DNA of 32,000 nt from Bellilinea caldifistulae. GTDB lineage: Bacteria > Chloroflexota > Anaerolineae > Anaerolineales > Anaerolineaceae. The position numbers and the translations under genes are program-made. This document shows positions 10,382 through 18,343 of the stretch, piece after piece; position 1 is the stretch's first letter; every line of letters starts with the position of its first letter. The stretch is from positions 210,001-242,000 of the forward strand of contig NZ_LGHJ01000019.1 of assembly GCF_001306055.1 (NCBI RefSeq), read 5' to 3'. A model generated the notes under the pieces. It did not search any database. It was not told the origin of the DNA and worked only from the letters and a program-made list of their open reading frames with translations.

Positions 10382-10600
10382 ATGAATGGGTCACTTTATC
10401 ACAAATGCGAGTTGCTTTTCTGGGATGTAGCCATTGATCTTCTCACCCGCTCGGTTTGGCTGCGCAACCTGATTCGGCAAGCAGTTTTGCTCAAAAATTC
10501 ATCTGACCTCAAACTCTATTTCTCCATTGTTGTGCTGAGTGGTTTGTTTGGATTCTTTGTTGGTTTTGCCATTCCCCACTTAATCCAATTCCTCTGGTGA
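10382..10600 (+). CDS. Small hypothetical membrane protein (72 aa)
   Basis: The C-terminal hydrophobic stretch YFSIVVLSGLFGFFVGFAIPHLIQFLW looks like one TM helix. Its stop overlaps the GTG at 10597 of the next ORF. Confidence 0.35.
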   Translation: MNGSLYHKCELLFWDVAIDLLTRSVWLRNLIRQAVLLKNSSDLKLYFSIVVLSGLFGFFVGFAIPHLIQFLW

Positions 10601-10605
10601 ACTTC

Positions 10606-11724
10606 ATGAAACGCTCATTGCAATCAGGAATTGTTCTATTTTTCCTGGGTTTATTGCTTGTTCCGTTGCAGACCATACAGGCCGTCCGCGGTGTACCCGG
10701 TTCACCGGATTTTGGTTATGGAGCATGGATTCATCCCCAATCCAACCTCAGCGCCGAAAGCGCCCAGATAGTGGGTGAAATCCCCCTGGATTGGGTTGCC
10801 ATTCCGCTAAATTGGGCAGAAGTCATGCCCGAAATTTCGAGTGCACCTGCTCTGGACACTGTGGATGTGGTGATGAACGAACTCAACGGGCGGGGGGCAG
10901 TGGTGATGTTACGTCTCTACAACCCGCCCGACTGGGCGAGGAGCGAAACCGGCATCAATTCCGACATCACTGCTCAATGGCTTGTCTGGCTCAGCCAGCG
11001 CTACCCATCCCTGCTTCGAGCAGTCGAGTTGCTTCCGGCTGCCAATACCCGCCAGGGATGGGGAAATACTCCGGATCCCTTTCAATATGCTCTCTTTTTT
11101 CAGGAAGTAAAAGCTTCCCTGCAAGCCCGCGGGAACGACCTCTTGCTAGTCGCGGGCGGACTCCAACCGCTCAATTCCCATTCAGACCCCGAAGATTGGG
11201 ATGACCTTGCCTTCCTGCAGGCTTTATACGCCCAAGGAGCCAAACAATGGATGCCAATTTTGAGCATCCAGATGCCGATGCTCAGCGGCGATCCTGCCCG
11301 TCCTGCCTCCGCTCAGGATCATTTTGCTCTGCGCCGCTACGAACAAACCCGCCAGATTATGCTGGCAAACGATCACGCAGATGGCATCCTCTGGGTGACG
11401 CTGCTTACTCCACCCAATGGTACAATAGATTCGAACGACCAAAAATATACTCAATCGGTTCAACAGGCGGAGTGGCTCAAGCAAGCATTGATTCAGATGC
11501 GCTCTCAACTCTATATGGGGGTGGTGTTTTTACCCAGCCTGAATCCCCCCCCTGCCGGCAGTGTCTTCGGGAATCAGACGGCTTTGCTGACCGAGCACAA
11601 AACCCTCCATCCCTTTTACTCCACCTTACAGGCCATCGTTCAACAGACCAACCCTTCTTCAACCAGCAATCGCCCAGGGCGGCCCAAGACAATTCCCATC
11701 CCGAAATGCTTGCATAAAAAATAA
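10606..11724 (+). CDS. Secreted hypothetical protein (possible glycosidase-like fold)
   Basis: The ATG at 10606 gives MKRSLQSGIVLFFLGLLLVPLQTIQA, which looks like a signal peptide. The alternative GTG at 10597 adds only 3 residues. The ORF is long and uninterrupted with no diagnostic catalytic motif. Confidence 0.6.
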   Translation: MKRSLQSGIVLFFLGLLLVPLQTIQAVRGVPGSPDFGYGAWIHPQSNLSAESAQIVGEIPLDWVAIPLNWAEVMPEISSAPALDTVDVVMNELNGRGAVVMLRLYNPPDWARSETGINSDITAQWLVWLSQRYPSLLRAVELLPAANTRQGWGNTPDPFQYALFFQEVKASLQARGNDLLLVAGGLQPLNSHSDPEDWDDLAFLQALYAQGAKQWMPILSIQMPMLSGDPARPASAQDHFALRRYEQTRQIMLANDHADGILWVTLLTPPNGTIDSNDQKYTQSVQQAEWLKQALIQMRSQLYMGVVFLPSLNPPPAGSVFGNQTALLTEHKTLHPFYSTLQAIVQQTNPSSTSNRPGRPKTIPIPKCLHKK

Positions 11725-11729
11725 CTCTG

Positions 11730-12404
11730 ATGCGCAAACCCTTCCTCGTCCTGTCCATCCTTGCTTTCCTTACCTGCCTGGTGGCAGGCATCGCAATTGC
11801 ACAAAAATCACTGGGAAGCGTGAACCCACAAGAACCTGTTCAGGAAATAGCCCGGCCGGCATCAGCCCATCAGCAAAATATTTTATTAATCCATGTGGAT
11901 CAGCTGGAGAAAAATCAACCGGATGTGATCTCGGTTTGGGGTCTAATCCTTTATTTTCCAGAGCCAAAAATTATCTTGCAGTCCATTTATCCCTCTCCAA
12001 TAGGGCGGGAAAATTTCCCGCTGGCGACCTTTAAACTGACCAAAACAAAAAACCTCAATCCCCCTTTCATTCAACAGGTTTCACTTCAGACCCAAATGGC
12101 CTGGGATAATTACATCCTCATAGATCATCAGGGACTTTCCTTTTTTGCTGCCGGATTAACTGCGAACGAAGTTTTTTCTCCCGAAAATCAAACCAACGGG
12201 GTAATCCCGGTGGAGAGCGCTTACCTAGCCCGTCTTTGTGATCGCTTTGTGGAAATGGAACAAACCGCTTTTCAACAAATCGAATGGAGTCACATCATTC
12301 CCGAACACTGGCGTTCCAATCTTCCATTCGATCAGGCAATTCTTCACTGGGAAAAATTAACTTCCCCACAAAGCCCTATAAAATGTGAAGTGTTTGGAGA
12401 ATAA
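11730..12404 (+). CDS. Membrane-anchored or secreted hypothetical protein
   Basis: 224 aa. The N-terminal MRKPFLVLSILAFLTCLVAGIAIA is hydrophobic (signal or anchor). It follows the previous gene after 5 nt. Confidence 0.55.
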   Translation: MRKPFLVLSILAFLTCLVAGIAIAQKSLGSVNPQEPVQEIARPASAHQQNILLIHVDQLEKNQPDVISVWGLILYFPEPKIILQSIYPSPIGRENFPLATFKLTKTKNLNPPFIQQVSLQTQMAWDNYILIDHQGLSFFAAGLTANEVFSPENQTNGVIPVESAYLARLCDRFVEMEQTAFQQIEWSHIIPEHWRSNLPFDQAILHWEKLTSPQSPIKCEVFGE

Positions 12405-12477
12405 GATAGTTTTGATGTTATAATTTAAAAGTTAAAATATTTTGCTCTGGGTAAGTCCAGAAAGATTGGAGAAAAAC

Positions 12478-13014
12478 ATGAATCAAAAAGCCGCTCCCAC
12501 AGTGGTTGCCGATGATGTAGTTGTCACCATGGCCTACACTTTAACCGTCAACGGCGAAGTAATTGATACCTCAGAAGAATCAGACCCCTTGATCTTCTTG
12601 CAGGGTTACCGGAACATTATTCCGGGTTTGGAAAGAGAGTTATATGGACTGAATATTGGCGATTCCAAGAAAGTGATCGTCAAGCCGGAAGACGGCTATG
12701 GTGATGAAGACCCCGAAGCTTTTATGGAAGTACCGCGCAGCGATTTTCCGAAAGAAATTCCGCTCGAAATTGGAACTGAATTGGAAATTCGGGATGAAGA
12801 TGATGAAACTTTGCTGGCAACCATTGATCGGGTGACGAAGGATTCGGTTCGTCTGAATTTCAATCATCCTCTGGCTGGCAAAACCCTCGAATTTGATGTC
12901 AAAATTCTGGACTTGCGCGCCGCCACAGAAGAAGAATTAGAACACGGCCACGCCCACGGTGGTGAAGAAGAAGATTTCGACGAATTTGATTTCGAGGACG
13001 AAGAAGAAAACTAG
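12478..13014 (+). CDS. slyD: FKBP-type peptidyl-prolyl cis-trans isomerase, SlyD-like
   Basis: VVTMAYTLTVNGEVIDTS...PLIFLQGYRNIIPGLERELYGLNIGD...NHPLAGKTLEFDVKILDLR is the SlyD FKBP plus insert-in-flap layout. I chose the ATG at 12478, which follows GGAG. The track start at 12442 is a TTG extension. The tail is HGHAHGG followed by an acidic run. Confidence 0.88.
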   Translation: MNQKAAPTVVADDVVVTMAYTLTVNGEVIDTSEESDPLIFLQGYRNIIPGLERELYGLNIGDSKKVIVKPEDGYGDEDPEAFMEVPRSDFPKEIPLEIGTELEIRDEDDETLLATIDRVTKDSVRLNFNHPLAGKTLEFDVKILDLRAATEEELEHGHAHGGEEEDFDEFDFEDEEEN

Positions 13015-13020
13015 GCTAAA

Positions 13021-13061
13021 GACCACGACCGGCCTCAAAAACCGGTCGTGGTCATTTTTTT
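13021..13061 (+). terminator. Rho-independent terminator after slyD (between convergent genes)
   Basis: A perfect 12-bp stem, GACCACGACCGG (13021-13032) with CCGGTCGTGGTC (13042-13053), and a 9-nt loop. A T-run at 13055-13061 follows. Confidence 0.8.
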
Positions 13062-13085
13062 ATTTTTCACAAAAAAAGCAAGGGC

Positions 13086-14147
13086 TCAATCGAGCATTCC
13101 ATAACGCTTCATGGCAGTGTGTAAAATCATCAACACCAATTCGCTATGGCTGACACCATCCGCAGCGGCTTCTATCACAATATCCGAAATACCGGGGGAC
13201 AAACCCGGCAGCGGGTTTACTTCAAGGATATAGGGTTTCCAGTTATCATGCGCGTCCAATCGAAAATCCACCCGCGCCACATCCAGACATCCGCAAACGC
13301 GAAACACGGCAGCGGCTAGCCAATTCAGCTCATCCACCATCTCCTCATCTAGCGGCGCCGGGCAAAGATAGTTCAAATCCTCGGCTAATTGCACTTTCAA
13401 CCGGTTTGAATAAACCACATCGCTATCTGCAAACGGTTTCAAATCCACTTCCATTGGCGGGAAAAACCTTAAACCAGCCTGAATGCGGGGGGCATTCAAA
13501 TTGTGCGGTAAACGACGGGCAACTGGCCCAATCAGGTTGCCGACCATGCCCACGGTCACTTCCCGCCCTTCAATATAACGCTCCACCAGCGCCGTTTGGC
13601 GGTATTTTTCCAAAATGTAAGCAACCTGCTGGCGTAATTCTTTTTCGTTATACACAATGGAATTGGCACTGACTCCCATGCCGGTGCCTTCCCGGCTGGG
13701 TTTGACAAACAAGGGGAAGCGCATCCCCTCTGCCAGGGGTTCATCCGCCCTTTCAAAGGATTGGAAATCAGGGGTGGGAAGATCGTGATAAGTCAGCACC
13801 CGCTTGGTCATCGGTTTATCCAGCGCTAAGGCTAATGTCAGCACTTTGGAACCGGTGTAGGGTATCCCCATCATCTCCAGCAAAGCCGGTATCTGCGCCT
13901 CACGCGCATCCCCAAAACGGCTCTCACAGATATTGAAACAAATATCCGGTTGATACCGCCCCAATTCCTCCACCAGACGAATGTCCCCTTCAAAAAATTC
14001 CGCCTCATATCCGCCGGAGCGGATGGCGTTCACAATTGCCTCGACGGTCGCTTCAGAATCCAGATCATCCCACTGGTCGGCTGGCATTCCCTCCCAATGA
14101 GGAGCATTTTTCTTTAAATTAGCCAAAACAGCAATTCTTTTCTTCAT
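13086..14147 (-). CDS. ATP-grasp enzyme of the D-alanine--D-alanine ligase family (not the canonical Ddl N-terminus)
   Basis: 353 aa. Typical ATP-grasp blocks: FPLFVKPSREGTGMGV, ALVERYIEGREVTVG and YILEVNPLPGL. The N-terminus lacks the GGxSxEHEVS block of classical Ddl, so the substrate is left open. Confidence 0.75.
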   Translation of the reverse strand: MKKRIAVLANLKKNAPHWEGMPADQWDDLDSEATVEAIVNAIRSGGYEAEFFEGDIRLVEELGRYQPDICFNICESRFGDAREAQIPALLEMMGIPYTGSKVLTLALALDKPMTKRVLTYHDLPTPDFQSFERADEPLAEGMRFPLFVKPSREGTGMGVSANSIVYNEKELRQQVAYILEKYRQTALVERYIEGREVTVGMVGNLIGPVARRLPHNLNAPRIQAGLRFFPPMEVDLKPFADSDVVYSNRLKVQLAEDLNYLCPAPLDEEMVDELNWLAAAVFRVCGCLDVARVDFRLDAHDNWKPYILEVNPLPGLSPGISDIVIEAAADGVSHSELVLMILHTAMKRYGMLD

Positions 14148-14287
14148 TTGTGCGCTCGCTTATATTTCAAAAAGAATATCCATGCCTTGCCCGGCATGGA
14201 ATTTACCCAACGATAAAAGCCATTCCAATTCACAATTCCAAGTATACTCAACATTAGCCATAAGAAAAGAGGTGATTTGGAGCAATT

Positions 14288-15343
14288 ATGGAAAATTCAG
14301 ATATTTCTGGCTTAATCCGCTCCCAATTGTTGAAATCGGGTAATCCGGTTATTTTGGATGACAGAATTTATCTCTGCTGGCTGGGGGATCATCCGCCATC
14401 CATCATCAGCGACCTCAATCACTGGGATGAAGAGCATCCCCTTCAATTTGATCATCTCGCGGAAGATTTGTGGGTTTACCCGCTGGAATTGGCGGCTGGC
14501 ACATACATCGAATACGCTTTCATCCGCCATAAACGGCGTATCCCCGATCCCAACAATTCTCATCGCACCCCCAACGGCATGGGGAAGTATAATCACTACT
14601 TCACCTTTCCGGCTTCCGATTTGGCATTCTTCCTCCCCAAGGACACGCCTCCGCTAAAAGGCAAATTGATCAGCCTTCGCCTTCCCACTCATCAACTTTT
14701 GGCAGGCAAAAAACGCAGCATCCATTTATACCAACCCCCTACCCAAGGCCCCGTACCCTTACTGGTTATGTGGGACGGCAAGGAATGTCTGGAACGGACA
14801 ATGCTCCCTCACCTTGTGGAAAATCTCGTCGAACAGGGCAAAATTGAGCCGATAGCGCTTGCCATGATCGAAAACGGCGGGCGTTATCGTACCATGGAAT
14901 ACTTTTGTTCTGAGGCAACCCTTGGATTTATGCAATTTTCAGTGTTACCTGCGGCGTTACAACATCTTAACATTATCCCTCCTCAGGAAAAACAAGGCAG
15001 TCTGGCCATTGGGGGAGCTTCTTTAGGGGGATTGATGGCGTTATATGCTGCATTGCGGCTACCGCACTGGTTCGGTAAAGTGCTTTCCCAATCAGGTGCA
15101 TTCACAATCGGAGACCAAAAACTGGTGGTGTGGAGTTTACTGGAGCACCAGCAAACCCTGCCAATCCATCTATGGCTGGATTGCGGAATTTATGAGCCGC
15201 TTATCGAGACCAACCGAGAAATGGCCGCCTTGCTAGAGCAGAAAGGATATATCTTCACTTATAAGGAGAGCTTAAGCGGACACAATTATCCAGCCTGGCG
15301 TCGCCTGCTGCCCGATGCCCTGATTACTTTGTTTGGTCGTTAA
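14288..15343 (+). CDS. Esterase family alpha/beta hydrolase (enterochelin-esterase-like, with N-terminal beta domain)
   Basis: 351 aa. Nucleophile elbow GGASLGGLMALY (GxSxG), a downstream SQSGAF block and a C-terminal His (SGHNYPAW). The layout resembles the putative-esterase (Fes/IroE-like) family. Confidence 0.7.
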   Translation: MENSDISGLIRSQLLKSGNPVILDDRIYLCWLGDHPPSIISDLNHWDEEHPLQFDHLAEDLWVYPLELAAGTYIEYAFIRHKRRIPDPNNSHRTPNGMGKYNHYFTFPASDLAFFLPKDTPPLKGKLISLRLPTHQLLAGKKRSIHLYQPPTQGPVPLLVMWDGKECLERTMLPHLVENLVEQGKIEPIALAMIENGGRYRTMEYFCSEATLGFMQFSVLPAALQHLNIIPPQEKQGSLAIGGASLGGLMALYAALRLPHWFGKVLSQSGAFTIGDQKLVVWSLLEHQQTLPIHLWLDCGIYEPLIETNREMAALLEQKGYIFTYKESLSGHNYPAWRRLLPDALITLFGR

Positions 15344-15346
15344 CCC

Positions 15347-15688
15347 ATGCCGCCAGAAAATCCTGGGTCAAACTCTTCCTTTCCGGTCAGGCGGGTGTAT
15401 ATTTGTGGCAATGGGAAATGCGCTCACCGCGCCATTGCAGAGCGGGTGTTTGATCGCCTTCAATCGTTGATCCGTGCTTACCAACTGGATGATTTTGAGG
15501 CCCCATACCGGGTCAAGTGTCAACTGGCCGGCTGCCTGGATATTTGCGAAAATGGCGCTACCCTCGTCGTCCAACCGGATGGTATTTATTACTGGAACAT
15601 TGATGACGTAAAAGTTGAAAAAATTTTCTTTCAGCATCTCATGAAGGATCATCCGGTTGAAGAATTCAGATATAAGCCAGAACATTGA
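15347..15688 (+). CDS. Thioredoxin-like [2Fe-2S] ferredoxin domain protein
   Basis: 113 aa with Cys pattern CGNGKC (C-x4-C) then GCLDIC (C-x3-C) about 35 residues later. That is the spacing of thioredoxin-like 2Fe-2S ferredoxins. It starts 4 nt after the esterase stop. Confidence 0.65.
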   Translation: MPPENPGSNSSFPVRRVYICGNGKCAHRAIAERVFDRLQSLIRAYQLDDFEAPYRVKCQLAGCLDICENGATLVVQPDGIYYWNIDDVKVEKIFFQHLMKDHPVEEFRYKPEH

Positions 15689-15770
15689 TGCCGAATTTCG
15701 TGTAAATATCCTGAGATGGATTAAGAATCTTAAAATTCACCGGGAATTTGTCCAGACATCCTTAAAACAC

Positions 15771-15799
15771 TTGACTCTCGGCGCCAACCTTTCTATAAT
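15771..15799 (+). promoter_or_regulatory. Near-consensus sigma-70-type promoter (TTGACT - 17 nt - TATAAT)
   Basis: TTGACT at 15771-15776 and TATAAT at 15794-15799 with a 17-nt spacer. No protein-coding ORF lies downstream before the terminator at 16060-16093. Confidence 0.6.
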
Positions 15800-15805
15800 A
15801 AAAGT

Positions 15806-16093
15806 GCAGGGAGCTCAAAGGAATTGATGGCTCCTCGACGGGAAACCGGGAGTTTTTGGTAAAACTGAGAATTGAGGGTCAAACCTTAAAAACAGATTAC
15901 CTAAAAAGACTGTGTACAGTCACCCCGGAAGGTGCATTCGCTTCCTGGTGGGTTGCGGAAAACCCCTTCCCCTGAAAAACGGGAAGTAAAAGCCAGAGAA
16001 GGATGCCCAAGGAAAACGACGAGGAAAGCAAGTAGGTTACTTTGAGCCCCTGCTCATTCCACCCCCGGTTGAAATTACCGGGGGTGTTTTTTT
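15806..16093 (+). ncRNA. Orphan structured non-coding RNA of about 250-290 nt, family not identified
   Basis: It is bounded by the promoter above and a strong intrinsic terminator.
- A 14-bp closing helix pairs 15806-15820 (GCAGGGAGCUCAAAG) with 16040-16053 (CUUUGAGCCCCUGC), with one bulged A.
- Internal hairpins include CGG-GAAA-CCG (15839-15848, GNRA loop), GACUG-UGUA-CAGUC (15908-15921), CUUCCC...GGGAAG (15966-15986) and GGUAA...UUACC (15858-15901).
- A purine-rich, apparently single-stranded 3' segment has three AGGA motifs (15995-16030).
- No ORF of 60 aa or more lies in the 413-nt gap. Confidence 0.5.
16060..16093 (+). terminator. Rho-independent terminator of the orphan RNA
   Basis: A 9-bp GC-rich stem, CACCCCCGG (16060-16068) with CCGGGGGUG (16078-16086), and a 9-nt loop. 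Seven T follow (16087-16093). The U-tract exists only on the + strand, so it does not terminate the minus-strand hpt. Confidence 0.8.
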
Positions 16094-16102
16094 GTGTGTT
16101 TA

Positions 16103-16687
16103 TCAGGTTTTACCTTTCAACACATCTGGCTTGAGCACCCCTATAAATGGAAGATTGCGGTATTTTTCATTGTAGTCTAAGCCGTACCCGACAACAAAAC
16201 GATCGGGCAGGTCAAACCCCTTATACTTGAGGGGAATATCAATCAAGCGGTGAGCTGGTTTGTTGAACAACACACACACCTCAAGACTGGCAGGATTGCG
16301 ATCCCGCAGACTGCGCAGCAGATAACCCAAAGTCAAGCCGGTATCAATCACATCCTCCACAAACAGCACATGTCGCCCATCAATCGGTATTTCAAGGTCC
16401 TTGATCAACCGTACCATCCCCCGTTGACGTGCTTCGGCAGAGTAACTGGCAACTGCCAGGAAATCCACCTCACTGGGTATAGTGATCACCCGCAGCAAAT
16501 CCGCCATCAGAAATAGCACTCCCTTAAGCACCCCCACCAGTACCGGATTTTTATCGGCATAATCTTGCGAAATCCGTTCTCCCAATTCAAGGACTTTCTG
16601 ACGAATCTGATCTTCCGTGATCAAAATTTCGCGAATATCACGACCGAGTTCGCCATACTTTGCCAGAATCGCATCATTCGTCATCAC
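16103..16687 (-). CDS. hpt: Hypoxanthine(-guanine) phosphoribosyltransferase, copy 1
   Basis: 194 aa. PRPP-binding motif VLFVEDVIDTGLTL, VGVLKGVLFLMADL and C-terminal FVVGYGLDYNEKYRNLP are all typical of Hpt. Confidence 0.92.
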   Translation of the reverse strand: MMTNDAILAKYGELGRDIREILITEDQIRQKVLELGERISQDYADKNPVLVGVLKGVLFLMADLLRVITIPSEVDFLAVASYSAEARQRGMVRLIKDLEIPIDGRHVLFVEDVIDTGLTLGYLLRSLRDRNPASLEVCVLFNKPAHRLIDIPLKYKGFDLPDRFVVGYGLDYNEKYRNLPFIGVLKPDVLKGKT

Positions 16688-17063
16688 TTCGTTTTTGAGC
16701 CTCCGTACCCTTTAACTGGTTAGCCTCATCAAACAGGCCGTATTTCACCATTAAGTCACGCATCTCACGCCGCTTAAGCAGCTTGATCTTAATATGCGGG
16801 TAGAGTTGATTCATCAACCGTATTTTCTTGTTTTTACGGGTGGACAATTGGGGTCTGAGCGTGGTCAGCTCGATGTACAAATCCTGTTCCGGCAGGTAAA
16901 AATCGGGGGAAAAGGCAAGGGTTACATTCCCTTTCTCGTCCCATTCCAGAGGAAAGGTATGCGGTTCATATTCCCAGCGGATTCCGTAAAAATCCAAAAT
17001 ACGGGCAAAAATTTCCTCTGCCGGGTGTGCGAAAACGGGTTTCTTTTGTTCATCCTGCGACAA
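16674..17063 (-). CDS. Hypothetical protein, possible PD-(D/E)XK nuclease-like fold
   Basis: 129 aa. Its stop overlaps the hpt start by 11-14 nt, which suggests an operon. SPDFYLPEQDLYIELTT...K resembles a D...E-x-K endonuclease-fold motif, but this is weak. Confidence 0.55.
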   Translation of the reverse strand: MSQDEQKKPVFAHPAEEIFARILDFYGIRWEYEPHTFPLEWDEKGNVTLAFSPDFYLPEQDLYIELTTLRPQLSTRKNKKIRLMNQLYPHIKIKLLKRREMRDLMVKYGLFDEANQLKGTEAQKRSDDE

Positions 17064-17088
17064 TGAAGGGACACCTCTGTTCTAAGGG

Positions 17089-17664
17089 TTAGCGGATGAT
17101 TTGTTCCGGTAAGCGATTCAATGCATGACAGATCATTTCAGCAGCCACTTCGCAACTGATTCTCCCCGTGTTGATCACCAGATGATACAAACAAGGATCA
17201 TTCCAATCTACCTGATAATATCGCGAAAGATACAGTTTTCGTGCCCGATCACTTGCCAATATTTGTGCTCGGGCAGCCTTGGGATAAACCTTCTTTTCCT
17301 CCACAATCCGCTGAACGCGGACTTCTTCATCTGCGACTACGCGCACATGAAACACTCGTGGGTGTCCTCTCAGGACAACCTGTCCTGCCCTGCCAATAAT
17401 AACCACCTTACCCGCATCGGCCAGTTCGTGCAGCACCTGGCTGACGGCATTTAAATAATCTTGTTGTTGTTGGCCGGTAGGATTTACTCCCAGCAACCCC
17501 AGTTCGTCAATCATCGCCAGCGCTACTTCAGGTGCGCCCGCCCGTAAAGCCGCCTGATTAATCAGATCTCGCCAGACAAGCTGAAACCCCATCCGCTCGG
17601 CAACCAGTTTACCAATCACCGAGCCCCAACTACCCATCTGGCGCGAGATTGTGACAACATCCAT
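17089..17664 (-). CDS. Cytidylate kinase-like family protein (Cytidylate_kin2-type)
   Basis: 191 aa. The N-terminus VVTISRQMGSWGSVIGKLVAERMGFQLVWRDLI matches the ITISRxxGSGGxxIGxxLAxxLG pattern of this family as I recall it. The P-loop-like GSGG reads GSWG here. Confidence 0.7.
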   Translation of the reverse strand: MDVVTISRQMGSWGSVIGKLVAERMGFQLVWRDLINQAALRAGAPEVALAMIDELGLLGVNPTGQQQQDYLNAVSQVLHELADAGKVVIIGRAGQVVLRGHPRVFHVRVVADEEVRVQRIVEEKKVYPKAARAQILASDRARKLYLSRYYQVDWNDPCLYHLVINTGRISCEVAAEMICHALNRLPEQIIR

Positions 17665-17749
17665 AACAAAATTATAGCATGTCCCCGTTTAAGTTCGTGG
17701 TATGATTCATTGGTCAATATTCATCCCCATCGTCAGTGAGGTGAGCACC

Positions 17750-18337
17750 ATGAACCCGCGGTTAAAATTCCCCTATGAATTTATTGGAGAAATCCTCATC
17801 ACTCAGGAACAAATCCAGCAGCGCGTTGCCGATTTGGGCGAACAAATCACCCAGGATTATCAGCATAGCGATAAACTGCTCTTACTGGGCTTGTTACGCG
17901 GCAGTGTGATGTTCATGACCGACTTGATGCGGCATATCCGCCGCCCAATGACGATGGATTTCATGTTGGTATCCTCTTACGCGGGTACAGAGTCCAGCGG
18001 GTTTGTGCGAATTGACGCCGACCATAAAACCAATATCTACGGCTGGGATGTCATCCTGATTGATGACATTGTGGACACGGGTTACACGCTTTATACCGTG
18101 CGCAAATTGTTACTGGAACGACAGCCCCGTAGCCTGAAAATTTGCGCACTGCTCGACAAAAAAGCCCGTCATAAAGTGGACATCCACATTGACTATCTCG
18201 GTTTTGAAATCCCGGATTATTTTGTGGTGGGCTATGGTCTGGATATTGACGAGAAGGGGCGCAATTTGCCTTATATCGCTTCGGTTGATCTGGAAAAGTA
18301 CAAAAAACTCTATCCGCCAGATGAAGGGAAAAAGTGA
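17750..18337 (+). CDS. hpt: Hypoxanthine(-guanine) phosphoribosyltransferase, copy 2 (diverged paralog)
   Basis: PRPP motif VILIDDIVDTGYTL, LGLLRGSVMFMTDL and FVVGYGLDIDEKGRNLP. I chose the ATG at 17750 because it follows GAGGTGA (17738-17744). The track start at 17702 adds 16 residues of unlikely sequence. Confidence 0.9.
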   Translation: MNPRLKFPYEFIGEILITQEQIQQRVADLGEQITQDYQHSDKLLLLGLLRGSVMFMTDLMRHIRRPMTMDFMLVSSYAGTESSGFVRIDADHKTNIYGWDVILIDDIVDTGYTLYTVRKLLLERQPRSLKICALLDKKARHKVDIHIDYLGFEIPDYFVVGYGLDIDEKGRNLPYIASVDLEKYKKLYPPDEGKK

Positions 18338-18343
18338 GGAGTT

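Noticed and set aside
12955-13014. SlyD C-terminal tail is HGHAHGG plus an acidic run (EEEDFDEFDFEDEEEN) rather than a long His/Cys-rich metal-binding tail
   Set aside because: SlyD tails vary widely between lineages, so this is not a strong anomaly.
15806-16059. Whether the orphan RNA is tmRNA, RNase P RNA, SRP RNA, a tRNA or a riboswitch
   Set aside because: - It has no 5' GGGG with a 3' T-arm and CCA end (tmRNA).
- It has no GAGGAAAGUCCGGGC P4 strand (RNase P).
- It has no GGAAGCAGCC helix-8 motif (SRP); CCGGAAGG is present but the 3' side does not match.
- It has no cloverleaf or GTTCRANYC T-loop (tRNA).
- No downstream + strand gene exists for a riboswitch to control.

The identity is left open.
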